Notes: generated by a model not told the origin, from the letters alone. 64,000 bases of DNA from Mobula hypostoma (GCF_963921235.1 NC_086108.1:62374001-62438000); one strand, 5' to 3'. Positions 27,588 through 40,433 are shown, counted from the first letter of the stretch. Made by a program: numbers and translations.

Positions 27588-28000
27588 CCATTGTAGACAA
27601 TTGCAGTCCCAGCACTAATCCCATGGTTACAGATTGCCAAGTTCTAAATGACCCCCTTCTCCCAACTTCCCAGCTCCTGCCTTGTAGCCCTTCCTCTATC
27701 CATGGCAATATGTCACTTCCACCAACATTCACCCCTGTCCTGCGAAGAATCTTATCAAACACCTTCTGGAAGTACAAAAAATGGACAGAGCCATCAGGAA
27801 AGGCAGTTGAATGTGCCATTAAGGTATAGCACCACCAACCCTTAGTGATCCTATGCATCCTGCTTGGGGTTCTCTTTGTGTGCAAAACACCACATTGTAC
27901 CTCTACACGAGGAATTCTGCAGATGCTGGAAATTCAAGCAACACACATCAAAGTTGCTGGTGAACACAGCAGGCCAGACAGCATTTCTAGGAAGAGGTAC

Positions 28001-28036
28001 AGCCGACATTTCAGGCTGAGACCCTTCGTCAGGACT
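28001..28036 (-). ncRNA. Minimal type I hammerhead ribozyme motif (Penelope-associated)
   Basis: Minus: AGUC-CUGACGA-AGGGUCUCAGCCU-GAAAU-GUC-GGCU; stem I AGUC/GGCU. Confidence 0.75.
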
Positions 28037-28523
28037 AACTGAAGAAAGAGATAGTAAGAGATTTGAAATTGGGAGGGGGAGGGGGAGATCCAAAATGATA
28101 GGAGAAGACAGGAGGGGGAGGGATGGAGCCAAGAGCTGGACAGGTGATTGGCAAAAGGGGTATGAGAGGATCATGGGACAGGAGGCCCAGGGAGAAGGAA
28201 AAGGGGGAGGGGGGGAAAAGCCCAGCGGATGGGCAAGGGGTATAGTCAGAGGGACAGAGGGAGAAAAAGGAGAGTGAGAGAAAGAATGTGTGTATATAAA
28301 TAACGGATGGCGTACGAGGGGGAGGTGGGGCATTAGCGGAAGTTAGAGAAGTCAATGTTCATGCCATCAGGTTGGAGGCTACCCAGGCGGAATATAAGGT
28401 GTTGTTCCTCCAACTCCTGTCCAGCTCTTGGCTCCATCCCTCCCCCTCCTGTCTTCTCCTATCATTTTGGATCTCCCCCTCCCCCTCCCACTTTCAAATC
28501 TCTTACTAGCTCTTTCTTCAGTT

Positions 28524-28559
28524 AGTCCTGATGAAGGGTCTCGGCCTGAAACGCCGACT
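28524..28559 (+). ncRNA. Minimal type I hammerhead ribozyme motif, cleavage triplet mutated to GCC
   Basis: AGUC-CUGAUGA-AGGGUCUCGGCCU-GAAAC-GCC-GACU. Confidence 0.7.
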
Positions 28560-28589
28560 GTACCTCTTCCTAGAGACATTGTACCTCTA

Positions 28590-28900
28590 TGAGTTTAACT
28601 TACTGACCACAGTCTGTGAAGCAATTCCTGTCAATGCAATGGACTAATAAATTATTGTCATAAACACAAGAAAATCTGCAGATGCTGGAAATCCAAAGCA
28701 CACACAAAATGCTGGAGGAAGTCAGGAGCCCAAGCAGCATCTAAGGGAAAGAGTAAAAAGTCGACATTACAGGGTCCTGGCCCAAAATGTCAACTGCTTA
28801 CTCTTTTCCATTTTGTGTATGTTGAGTGCACTGTTGTCCTTTGGAGGGAGGAATCTGCCTCCTTATCTGCTACGGTCTGCATGTGACTAAAGTCTCACAT
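28590..28900 (+). mobile_element. LF-SINE-like remnant interrupted by an older Penelope fold-back (about 28660-28825)
   Basis: CACTGTTGTCCTTTGGAGGGAGGAATCTGCCTCCTTATCTGCTACGGTCTGCATGTGACT resembles the LF-SINE core as recalled (TGTCCTTTAGGGAAGGAAATCTGCCGTCCTTACC..ATGTGACT); not aligned computationally. Confidence 0.55.
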
Positions 28901-29030
28901 TAATTTTTTTATATCCTTGGGGTATGCAGTGAAGAAGGGCACCCATTGCCTGCAGGTATTAACCAAGCTCCAAAGTCAAAGAAATTAGAATAACTAAAAG
29001 TTGCAGTTTAACATATTTTTAAATGCTGTA

Positions 29031-29719
29031 CCTTACCACCAAGCTGAAGGTCTACTGTGCAGTGGTCCTTACCACCCTCCTTTACGCCAGCGAGACCTGG
29101 ACTGTCTGCAGCAGACACGCCAAACAGCTCAACCATTTTCACCTGAGCTGTCTCCGCAGACTCCTCCACATCAGGTGGCAGGACAAAGTCCCCGACACGG
29201 AAATCCTAGAACGAGCTGGGCTCTGCAGCGTCTACACCCTCCTGCTGAAAGCCCAAGCCAGGTGGGCTGGACATGTGGTCAGAATGCCAGATAGCCGATT
29301 GCCTAAGCAGCTGCTGTACGGAGAACTGTGTCAGGGCAAGCGCTCAGTCGGGGGGCAGAAGAAACGTTACAAAGACTGCCTGAAAGCGTCCCTCAAAGGC
29401 CTGGGTGTCGACATCAACACGTGGGAGACGCTTGCCCTCGACCGTCCAGCTTGGCGCAGCAAGATCACCACAGGAGCCCGTGCAGCTGAAGTCAGGCGCA
29501 TCATCGAGGCGCAACGAAAGCGTGCTGTGCGCAAGGCCCGAGCAGCATCCACTGCCACGACAGCACCCACCCACTTGTGTCCCACATGTGGGCGAGCCTT
29601 CAGGGCCCAGATTGGCCTCATCAGTCACCTCCGGACCCACAGCCGCCAATCTCCCATTTGACTTTGAAGCCATGGTCATCTTCGACTACGAAGGACGAAC
29701 AACAAGCAACAACAACAAC
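29031..29719 (+). mobile_element. Young 5'-truncated RTE-clade LINE with C-terminal C2H2 zinc finger
   Basis: Uninterrupted ORF LLYASETW..RWAGHVVRMPDSRLPKQLLYGEL..CPTCGRAFRAQIGLISHLRTH; (CAA)n tail; TSD AAATGCTGTA at 29021-29030 and 29720-29729. Confidence 0.93.
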
Positions 29720-30744
29720 AAATGCTGTAAATTGTAATGAAGTCTGTAACAGATAGCTTGTCCCTTAATCCTCCCAGTCAGAAGATGAATGTGAATGAGG
29801 TCTATTGTTCAGGAGTCAATTTTAGCCTATCAATCCGGAAAATCTATACACCCTCATCATTGCTTTCACTTGTCTAGTTAACTAATTTTTGTTTCTTGAA
29901 GTGTATCTCATCTGTGACAAATCTCTAAGTGAAAAAGAATTTGTTGAAATCAGTTTCAAATTTGCCCTGGTTAGTCCTCATTGCAGTATTGCAGTACCCA
30001 TTCTATTGTCGTTTATCAGCACCTGTGGGGGGCAGGGGGGGGGAAGAAATTGTCAATGCTTTGGGATGAAACTCTGCATTATGATTTTGACCCAAAACAT
30101 TTACAATTCTTTTTCACCCCGCAGATGCTGCTCAACCCCTTGAACTCTTCCAGGGAGCCTTTGCTCCAGATTTCAGTATGTACAGCCTCTTGTGTCTCCT
30201 GTGTATCATTATTTTATCTTATAACCATATAGCAATTACAGCATGGAAACAGGCCATCTAGGCCCTTCTAGTGCTGAACGCCGTGCCAAATCTTGTCCAG
30301 GACTTTTTTTTTGAATTTACTTTGAAGTTTCAAAGTTGAAGTTGAGTTTATTGTCATACACAAGTGAAATGAAAAACTTACTTGCAGAAACATCACAGAC
30401 ACATTGAATCATATAAGCAGCACTCACAAGAAAAACATTTGACATTAAAGACAATTTTACATGAAAAAGCACAATCAGAGCAAAAAAATCAATTTTAATG
30501 TGAAGTTATTAAAGTGGTCACAGTTTTGCTAAAACTTAGAGATTAGGGCTGTACTGACACATTGTTCCCAGAATCGTGCTGATCAGGCATGAAAACTTTG
30601 ACATATGTGGTATACCTGTATTATCTGTTGGCCCTTATATTTCTTGACCATTGGATAATGTGCCAAATCAATCACTTGTGCCTTGTTAGTTTTATAAAAT
30701 CAGAATTGAATGCAATACTGCACATGAGGACTAACCAGCATTTT

Positions 30745-31625
30745 ATAGAACAGTACAGCAGATGAACAGACCATTTGGTCTGCAACATTATGCTGAATTA
30801 ATTAATTTAGTAATCAAATGTCTAACTAAGCTAATCCCTTCTACCAACACAATGTCCATATCCTTTAACTTTTTGCACATATATGTGCCTAACAGCCAGT
30901 TGAATACCACCAACACACATCAAAGTTGCTGGTGAACGCAGCAGGCCAGGCAGCATCTCTAGGAAGAGGTACAGTCGATGTTTCAGGCCGAGACCCTCGG
31001 GGTCTCAGCCTGAAACATGGACTGTACCTCTTCCTAGAGATGCTGCCTGGCCTGCTGCGTTCACCAGCACCTTTGATGTGTGTTGCTTGAATTTCCAGCA
31101 TCTGCAGAATTCCTGTTGTTTGCAGTTGAATACCACCATTGTATCTACCACCATCTCTGGCATCACATTCCAACCACTCACCACACTCTGTGTAAACACT
31201 TGCCATGCACATCTCCTTTGAATTTATCCTCTCTCACCTTTAATGCATACTGTCTGTCGACGACTGTCTGGAATTAGAAATATCAACCCCTGAAGACAGA
31301 TACTGGCTGCCTACGCTATCTATGCCCCATAGAGTCCTACCAGATTTGTCCTCACCCTCCACCATTCCAGAGAAAGGAACCCAAGTTTGTCCAACCTCTC
31401 CTGATAGTTCATGCCTTCTAATCCAGGCAGCATCCTGGTAAACCTCTTCTGCACCTTTACAAAGTATTGACATCCTTTCTATAATGGAGCAACCCGTATT
31501 GAATGCAATAGTCAGGATGTAGCCTAACCAGAGTTTTATAAAGCTGCAGCATAACTTCTCAACTGTTGAACCCCATTCTTCAACTAATAAAAGAAAGCAT
31601 ACCATATGCCTTCTTTACCACACTT
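30745..31625 (-). mobile_element. CR1 LINE 3' fragment hosting a Penelope hairpin insertion
   Basis: Minus-strand CR1 C-terminal and 3' UTR sequence continuous across the 16-bp TSD. Confidence 0.8.
30913..31122. mobile_element. Penelope pLTR fold-back (palindromic) insertion
   Basis: 86-bp inverted arms 30911-30996 and 31000-31085 with a 3-nt spacer; TSD CAGTTGAATACCACCA at 30897-30912 and 31123-31138. Confidence 0.9.
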
Positions 31626-32214
31626 GCGTTGTGGTGTATTAAATTTTGCGAAAACATTAGATGAAAGTGTAAACATTTCCAAGTGGCAGATTGTGAGTTG
31701 GCAGCATGTGAGGTGTCTGTACAAGTTAAACACTGTAGGCTTGTTAAAGCAATTGCAGGTAGTGGCTGGAGTCTTTTCTGGCCTCAAGGCCCACTAGCAT
31801 TAGGATGTTTGTCGATAAACACTTCAGTTGTTTGAATGAAGAAATGATGCTGAGTTAGTGGCATGAGAACAGAAGATCAAAGGGTTTCTCTGTGTCTGAG
31901 TGTCTCTCGCTACATTTGTGGATTGAACCCCTATTTATTGAGGTACCTTTCCCTCCATTCTTGGAACTTCTCCTAGACCGAGAGATTGTGATCGGTGCCT
32001 AGGACGGACTCAGCGTGATTTCACAAGTCGGAATTCGGAGTTCCCCTGACAACAATGGCAATCAAGACCCCGACAACAACATCAATCAACTGGAGGTTAA
32101 GAATCATGAGCCCTGAAATTTTTTCTACCATTAGTGTAAGACTCACCGGTCTGTAGTTTCAAGGATTATGTCCATTACCCTTCTTGAATAGTGGAACATA
32201 ATTAGCTATTATGT

Positions 32215-34285
32215 TCCATGGGAGCGCATTTGCTGCCCGTGCCTCCAAAGACTCTCAGATTAACATTGATTTATATACCAACTCTGTCCTTAAGCACATC
32301 AACAAGTGTGTAGATAGAGTGACATGACAAAAACAAGTAAAAGTTTTCCCCAATCAGAAACCACGGATGAACAGAGAAGTTCGCCTCCTGCTCAAAGCCA
32401 GAGATTCAGCCTTCAGGTCTGGAGACCGGGAGGCTTACAGCTCAGCCAGGGCCAACCTGTGGAGAGGAATCTCTCAGGCTAAACACATATACAAACAGAG
32501 AATCGAGGAGCATTTCAACTCCTTGGACCCCCGGTGCATGTGGCATGGCACACAGGTCATTACAGACTTCAAACCACCTAGTACTGTGCCCTCTTCCAGC
32601 TCTGCTTCCCTCCCTGATGAGCTCAATTACTTCTACGCTCGCTTTGACCAGGAGAACAAGGAGGTCACCCTCAAAGCGGATCTCCCACCTGGTGAACTGC
32701 CTCTCTCACTTTCCACCTCTGATGTTTGCGCCACCTTGAGCAGGGTGAATGTACGGAAGTCAGCTGGTCCAGATGGAAGACCTGGCCATGTGCGCAGAGT
32801 CTGTGCAGAGCAGTTGGCCGGGATCTTCACGGACATTTTCAATCTGTCCCTGGCCCAGGCAGTTGTCCCCACAAGCTTCAAGATCACCACCATCATGCCA
32901 GTGCTAAAGCATTCCACTGCCACCAGCCGGAATGACTTCCGCCCAGTTGCACTCACCCCCATCATTGCAAAGTGCTTTGAGAGACTGGTTCTATCACATC
33001 TGAAATCCTGTCTGACCACTCTACCCTGGATCCCATCAATTTGCCTATCGCACCAACAGGTCAACAGAGAACGCCATCTCCACAGCACTTCACTCTGCCC
33101 TGACCCACCTGGACAGCCCCAACTCTTACATCAGAATGCTGTTCATTGACTCTAGTTCGGCATTCAACACTGTGATCCCCTCCAAGCTGATCGCCAAACT
33201 TCACAGCCTTGGTATCAGCTCATCTCTCTGCAATTGGTCCTTGGACTTTCTGACTAACAGACCCCAATCAGTTAAGTTAGACAACCCCTCCTCCTCCACT
33301 CTCACCCTGAACACCGGCGTGCCTCAAGGCTGTGTGCTGAGCCCTCTTCTGTACTCCCTTTTCACCTATGATTGCGTTCCTGGTTCTAACTCCATAATCA
33401 AGTTCACAGATGACACCACTGTGATTGACCTGATCAGAGGGGATGATGAGCCGGCCTACAGGGACGAGGTCCAGCACCTGGTCGCGTGGTGTGCCGACAA
33501 CAACTTGGCCCTTAGCACCCAGAAGACCAAGGAGATCATTGTGGACTTCAGGCATGCTAGCAGCCACACTCATGTCCCCATCTACATCAACGGAGCTGTA
33601 GTGGAGCGTGTATCAAGCTTCAAATTCCCTGGTGTCCACATTTCCGAGGATCTCACCTGGTCCCTGAACTCCTCCATCCTGGTCAGAAAGGCACAACAGC
33701 ACCCTTATTTCCTGTGGAGCATCAAGAAAGCTCACCTCTGTCCCAGGATACTGACGGACTTTTACCGCTGTACCATTGAGAGCATACTCACCAACTGCAT
33801 CTCAGTGTGGTATGGCAATTGTCCCATATCGGACCGCAAAGCACTCCTGCGTGTGGTGTAAACTGCCCAGCGGATTATCGGCACCCAATTGCCCACCATT
33901 GAGAACATCTATTGTAAATGCTGCCTGGACTGGGCAAAAAGCATTATCAAGGATGCATCTCACCCTAACCATGGACTTTTTACTTTCCTCCCATCTGGTA
34001 GGTGCTACAGGAGCCTCCGCTCCCGCACCAGCAGGCACAGGAAGAGCTTCTTCCCTGAGGCTGTGACCCTGCTGAACCTCACATCACAGCGCTAAGCAGT
34101 ATTGCACCCATATTGTACTGTCTCAGTACTTTTATATTTGTGTTCTGTAGCACTTACTTTTTATTCGCAGTTATTTTGTAAATAACACTATTCTTTGCAT
34201 TCCTGGTCAGATGCTAAATGCATTTCATTGGCTTTGTATCTGTACTCAGCACAAGGACAATAAGTTGAATCTAATCTAATCTAAT
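32215..34285 (+). mobile_element. Rex1/Babar LINE, 5'-truncated, RT nearly intact
   Basis: [60 protein letters not shown]; (AATCT)n tail at 34268-34285; inserted into an older minus-strand CR1. Confidence 0.93.
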
Positions 34286-34289
34286 ATTT

Positions 34290-35340
34290 GCCAGTCATCT
34301 GGTACCCCATCTGCAGCAAGAGAAACACAAAAATACTTGCCAAGTCCCTAGCAGTCTCTTCTCTTAACTGTGTCAGTAACCTGGGGTGTAACCCTTCAGG
34401 CGCTGTGGACTTATCCACCTTAGTGTTTATCTCCAGTGTCCTGTCATATTATTATGTACCATGCCAGTCACCCTACAATCCATGTCCTTCTCATTGGTTA
34501 AATACTGATTACTGATTGGTTAAATACTCAGCTGACCTCACCCACAAACTCCACCTCCAAGCATTTGTTCCCTCCTTTATCATTGAATGGTCCTCCCTTC
34601 TCTCTAGTTATCCCCTTGCTCTTGATGCACATATAAATGCCAGAATGATGAGATTCTGTTTAATCTTACTCGCCAAGGCTTTTCATGGTTCCTGCTGGCT
34701 TTCCTAACTCATTTCTTGAGTTATTTTCTGGCTTCTTTATAATCCTCAAGGCCTCTGTTTGATTTTAGCTTCCCATACCTTGCATATGTTTCCTTTTTGC
34801 TCCTTGACTAAATTCATCACCTCTCTTAATAAGTTTCCCTTACCTTGGCATCCTTGTTCTTCCTTCTCACAGGAACATACCTGTCCTGTACTCTGCACTT
34901 GTTTTTTAATCACCTTCCGTACGACGGATGTGGACATGAGCTGTTCCCAATTAACTCTCTCTAGTTCCTGGGTATAGTCCCATAACTTGCCCTGCTCCAA
35001 TTTAATACTTCCTTGGAAGATCCATGCTTGGCCTTATCTATAACTATATTAAAACGTAAGGAGTTGTGATGGCCATTTCTTAACTGTTCTCCACAGAAAG
35101 GTTAGTCACCTGGCCAGACCATTACCTAGCACCAGGACTAGTATGTCCCCTATTCTTATTGGACTACCTACATATTGATTTCAGGAACCCTCCTGGATGC
35201 ACCTAGCAATTTGTGTCTTGATGAAATCTCTTTCACTAAGTAGGTCCTAGACTATTTTAGGGAAGTTGAAGTCACCCACTACAATTATGCTTTTGCCTTT
35301 GCACCTTTGCTTAATCTGCCTGCATATCTGTTCCTGAGTG
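34290..35340 (-). mobile_element. Old CR1 ORF2 fragment (endonuclease/linker)
   Basis: EQICRQIKQRCKGKSIIVVGDFNFP and QELERVNWEQL; continues left of the Rex1 insertion at 32130-32210. Confidence 0.8.
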
Positions 35341-35899
35341 ACCCCCATATAATGGATTGCACCTTTCTTGTGATGAGCTTTGATGATGTTATCATTCTTA
35401 GCTGCTTTGCAGTGGTGTTCTTCTAGGCATATGTAAAATTTCTTAGGTAACTGAAAATCAGGAAATTGCAGATGCTGGAAATCTAAAATTAAAACAGAAG
35501 ACACTAGAAACAGCCAGCAGATACATGAAGTGATTAACATTTCGGCTGATTCGCTGCGTATTTCCTGCATTTTTTATTTTTATTTGAAACTTTTTTTAAC
35601 CTTTCCTTAATCTAACACACTGAAAACTACAAGCTAAAATAATGATGATTGATGTTATTTCCAGATGAAGAAGATACAGTACTGGATTATTTTTTGCTAA
35701 TCCAAGTATTTTTCTAATTCTGAGAAAAATCTCCACAGTTTGCTTTCTCTCCCTTTCCAAGTGAATATCAATTCTGACCAAAGTCAGAAGAAGAAACAGA
35801 TGTCATTGCTGCTTTTCGCATTATATTTTCCTCTATAATCTCATTACTGTCCGAGTCTGGCCAATGATTTCTGGCTCCAGGGGAATGATGTACTGTGAT

Positions 35900-37320
35900 T
35901 CCCGCCATTGCAGAAGGCAATATCCAGACAAGCAGTTTATATGATATGAAGAAAAGGCAGAGAACACAGGATCTGACAAATGCTACAGGACCAGACAACA
36001 TCAAAACTGTAGTACTGAAGACCTGCATCTAGAACCATTTGCACGTCCATCCAAACTTTTCCAGTGCAGTTACAACTACTTGACAATGTGGAATATTGCC
36101 CACATCTTCCCCATTTAAAAGCACAGGATAACTCCAGTCCGGCTAATAAGCTTCCAAGCACCCCGCTTGGAAACGTCTACAGTGATGGAAGCTGTTCTCT
36201 GATGGTGCTATCAGACAGCATTTACTTATCATGAACTATGGGCTGATGCCCAGTTTGCGTCTCACTGGCACCATTTGGGTTCAGATCACATCACAGTCTA
36301 AATTCAAACGTGGAACAATGAGTACCTACTGAAAGGTGAAGTGAGAGTGACTGTCCTTGACATCAAGATGACATTTGATCAAGGATGGTGTCAAAGCACC
36401 CTATGACACTGAGATCAATGGAAATCAAGGGGAGAACATGAAAGGAAATTGGTGTGATCCAAAATCAATCATCCCAGTCCCGGGAACATCACTGCAGCTG
36501 CTCCTCGGGCAGTGTCCTTGGCTCAACCATCTTCAGCTGCTTTATTGCTGACCTTCCTTCTGTCATAAAGTCAGAAATGGGGATGTTTGCTGCTACAATT
36601 GCAGTTCTTCATAAATGAATCAATTGCACAAAAGATCTGGACAACACTCAGGCATGAAGGTAACATTTACACCACAAAAGTGCTAGGCAACGATGATCTT
36701 GAACTAGAGAGATTCCAGCCACCTCCCCTTGGCAGTCAATGGTTTTATTATTATTGCTGCATCCACACCGTGACCAGCATCAATATCCTGGACATCTCCA
36801 ATAAGTTGAAACTCAATGTGACTCGCCACATCAGTGCTGTGGCTACAAGGACATGGCAGAAGCTGAGATTTTGTGGCGTGTCATTTATCTCCTGACATCC
36901 TGAGGCTTTTCCATCACCTACAAGGCATATCAGAACTATGATGGAATACTTTTCACTTGTCTAGTTGAGTGCATCACCAACAACTCTCAAGAATAATAAC
37001 ACCAATCAGCACTTTAGGACAAGGTGTCCACTTGATTTGCCCTCTATGAATTACCGACAGCACTCCAAGCGTAAGACCTTTACTATCAAGTGGGAAAAGG
37101 GTAGAAAGTTCATGGGAGCAACACAATTTACAGAATCCCCTCTCAAATTACAAACCAACCTGACGGGAGAATACGCCACCGGTCTTTCATCGTCGAAATC
37201 CAACATCCAACATCACTATAGGAGTACAGTACCTTCACCAGAAAGGTCAGAGTGGTAGCTTACCACAAGGGTAATCAGGACTGAGCATCAAATGTTGCCC
37301 AGATACTGAAAATGAATTCA
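35900..37320 (+). mobile_element. Ancient degenerate LINE (CR1/L2 group) RT plus 3' end with LF-SINE-like tail
   Basis: Decayed motifs ATGPDNIKTVVLKTC, GEVRVTVLDIKMTFD, PRAVSL and YKAHIRTMMEY; the 3' end resembles the LF-SINE-type tail. Confidence 0.7.
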
Positions 37321-37896
37321 GGTGGACCCCAGGTTCCAGCACAGTTCTCTTCTTGCCAAATGCTTGTAACCCATTACAGTCAGTAAAACCATACCACACA
37401 TCTCCCAAACACCTCTTTGTGTATATGAGCTGTATTAGTTGCACCTAAGTTAGGTGTTCATAAGCTGGAGAAGACTTTTAAGTGCAAATATACAATAATT
37501 GCTATTGGTAGTTTTACTATACTGCATCTTATTAAGAGCTCATCTGTTTTATTTGATTATACACATTGTTAGTAATTTATCAGATACAAAGAGAACGCTG
37601 TATTAGACATCTGATGAGATAGCCATAAATCTCGATACCTTTAACCGAACTTTATTTTATGACCTTTGTTATATCACAAGGCTCCGATATCTCGTGAGCT
37701 CCACTTTTTGAACTCAGACTGACGGTCGAAACCTTGTGTAATTAATGTTATTTTTCAGTTGCTCATTCAAGGGCAGGGCCATTTGCTGTTGACAAACCCA
37801 GCATTTATGATCATTTTCTTTCTGCACATTAGCCCCTTTCTTGAACTGCTGCAGTGGGTGTGGTGCAGTGCTGTTAGACGGTACTTCCTAGGATCT

Positions 37897-40433
37897 TGTC
37901 ACACCTCACTGTCAGGTGCGGGTAAGTGTGCTGGACGACGATTACCAGCTGGAAAAACAAAAATGGTAAAGTGCATCAGCATGTTAGTGCAAAGGGTTTT
38001 ATTTAGTGCCAGGTGGTAGGTCTCCTTTGGCATCTCTCCAGCTGGCACAGACCTCCCCCAGAACCTCAGTTGATAGGTCTCTGGTGACATGTCGAATTTT
38101 GCCAGGAGGGCCTCCTTCAGTTCAGGGCAACAGTTGGACCTTTTCTCATCCATGGCTGAGTCGACTTCCAATGCTCTACCAGTCAGGAGAGGGATGAGTC
38201 GACGTGCCATGTCTTGGCCAGTCGTTTGAACCACAGGAGAAAATTCTTAATATCCTCTCCCTTAGGCCATAGACCATAAGACATAGGAGCAGAATTAGGC
38301 CATTCTACCCATCGAGTCTGCTCCGCCATTCATCATGGCTGATCCCAGATCCCACTCAGCCCCCATACACCTGCCTTCTCGCCATATCCTTTGATACCCT
38401 AACCAATCAGGAAATGATCAACTTCAGCCTTAAAAATATGCATGGACTTGGCCTCCACCACAGTCTGTGGCAGAGCATACCACAGATTCACCACTCCCTG
38501 GCTAATAAAATTCCTCCTTACCTCTGTTCTAAAAAGTCTCCCCTCAATTTTGAGGTTGTGCCCTCTAGGTATGGATACTGCCACCATGGGAAACATCCTC
38601 TCCACACCCACCCTATCTACTCTTTTCAACATTCAATGAGATCCCAACGTATTCTTCTAAATTCCAGTGAGTACAGACCCAAGGCGGCCAAACACTGGTC
38701 ATATGTTAACCCCTTCATTCCTGGAATTATCTTTCTGAACCTCCTTTGGACTCTCTCTAATGACAATACATCCTTTCTGAGATATGGGGACCAAAACTAT
38801 TGACAGTGCTCCAAGTGCGGCCTGGGTAGTGTCTTACAAAGGCTTAGCATCATCTCCGTGCTTTTATATTCTATCCCCCTTCAAATAAATGCCAACGTTG
38901 CATTTGCCTTCTTTACCACAGACTCAACCTGTAAATTAACCTTCTGGGAGTCTTGCACGAGGACTCCTAAGTCCCGCTGCACCTCTGATGTTTGAACCTT
39001 CACCCCATTTAGATAATAGTCTGTACTACTGGTCCTTCTACCAAAATGTATTATCATACATTTCCCAACACTATATTCCATCGCCACCTTTTTTGCTCAT
39101 TCTTCCAGTTTGTCTAAGTCCTGCTGCAGTTGCATTGGTTCCTCAGCACTACCCACCCCTCCAGCTATCTTTGTATCATCGTCAAACTTTGCCACAAAAC
39201 CATTAATTCCATTATCCAAATCATCAACAAACAATGTGAAAAGTGGCGGCCCCAATACTGACCCCTGAGGAACACCACTAGTCACTGGCAGCCAACCAGA
39301 AAAGGCCCTTTTTATTCCCGCTCACTGCCTCCTGCCTGTCAGCCATTCCTCTATATCCATGCCAGTATCTTTCCTGTAATGCCACAGGATTTTATCTTGT
39401 TAAGCAGTCTCGTGTGTGGCACCTTATCAAATGCCTTTTGAAAATCCAAGTGAATGACATCCACTGCCTCTCCTTTGTCAAACCTGCTTGTTACTTCCTT
39501 GAAGAACTCTAACAGATTTGTCAGGCAAGGTTTCCCTTTTATCATTAGTCTCCTACTGGCCTATAATTCCCTTTCTTTTGCCTTCCTCCCTTCTTAAAGA
39601 GTGGAGTGACATTTGCAATTTTCCAGTCCTCCGGGACCATGTCAGAACCAAGTGATTCTTGAAAGATCATGACCAATGCATCTGTTTTCTCTTCAGCAAC
39701 CTCTCTCAGGACTCTAGGATGTAGTCCATCTGGCCCAGGTGACATGGACCTCTGGCATACTGCTGGTGTCTTCCACAGTGAAGACAGATGCAAAGTACTC
39801 ATTAAATTTATCTGCCATTTCTTTGTCCCCAATTACTACTTCACCAGTATCACTTTCCAATGGTCCAATATCAACTGTCACCTCCCTTTTACTCTTTATA
39901 TAACTGAAAAAAACTTTTGGTATCCTGCTTTATATTATTGGCTACTTTGCCCTCATATTTGCCACATGTGTCCACGTGGTCAGATGAATACAAAAGAATA
40001 ATGCCTCCCCACCAGTGGTGTTGCCTGCGTAGGGTGTAGTGCGCCTGCCACCACTAACCCAGGCCTTATTTTAGGATGCCCCAAACTGTTCCTCAGGCCT
40101 TTTGGGTCCGTTCCGCTGTCTACAAACCGATGTAACAGTATGAGAGAAAATAAATGAAACTGTTTGGAACGCCTGCGTCCAGAATCCTTATCTTTATGAG
40201 TTATAAACCAGTAGAGCATGTTAACTGAAGGGATTGTTTTGATTAGCCAAGCTAGTGATTGTTTTACTGTTGTCGTGTGTAAATAGTGAACTCCCAAGAA
40301 CGGCAGAATGGGAGGGCAAAGTGTGTGAACTACTGAGGAAACTAGACTTAGGACAGAACAAGGAGGAGTGACTAACCGGGCAAAGGGGCAAAGCAAGCAG
40401 GAGAATTAGCGTTGCCAACCTTGTTCTGTCACA
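37897..40433 (-). mobile_element. Deleted Gypsy (Gmr1-like) LTR retrotransposon with gag/SCAN-like fragment, split by a CR1
   Basis: Minus 38005-38262 encodes RLIPLLTGRAL..LKEALLAKFDMSPETYQLRFW..EMPKETY; TGT...ACA termini; flanks GATCT (37892-37896) and GATTT (40434-40438); host LINE sequence resumes on both sides. Confidence 0.65.
38267..39962 (-). mobile_element. CR1 LINE, truncated and internally deleted
   Basis: [38 protein letters not shown] and AKFDDDTK; TCTTATGG tail. Confidence 0.92.

Larger units (their letters stand above)
27906..28575 (-). mobile_element. Penelope-like (Neptune-type) 3' fragment with inverted pLTR copy and 14-bp TSD
   Basis: Minus 28413-28333 encodes LEEQHLIFRLGSLQPDGMNIDFSNFR*, resembling a GIY-YIG C-terminus; about 28416-28575 is an inverted copy of about 27985-28145; TSD ACATTGTACCTCTA at 27892-27905 and 28576-28589. 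Confidence 0.88.

Noticed and set aside
37395..37444. Peptide ATNTAHIHKEVFGRCV resembling the CD38/BST1 N-terminus
   Set aside because: Too short, does not fit the exon structure as recalled, and no other exons of that family were found.
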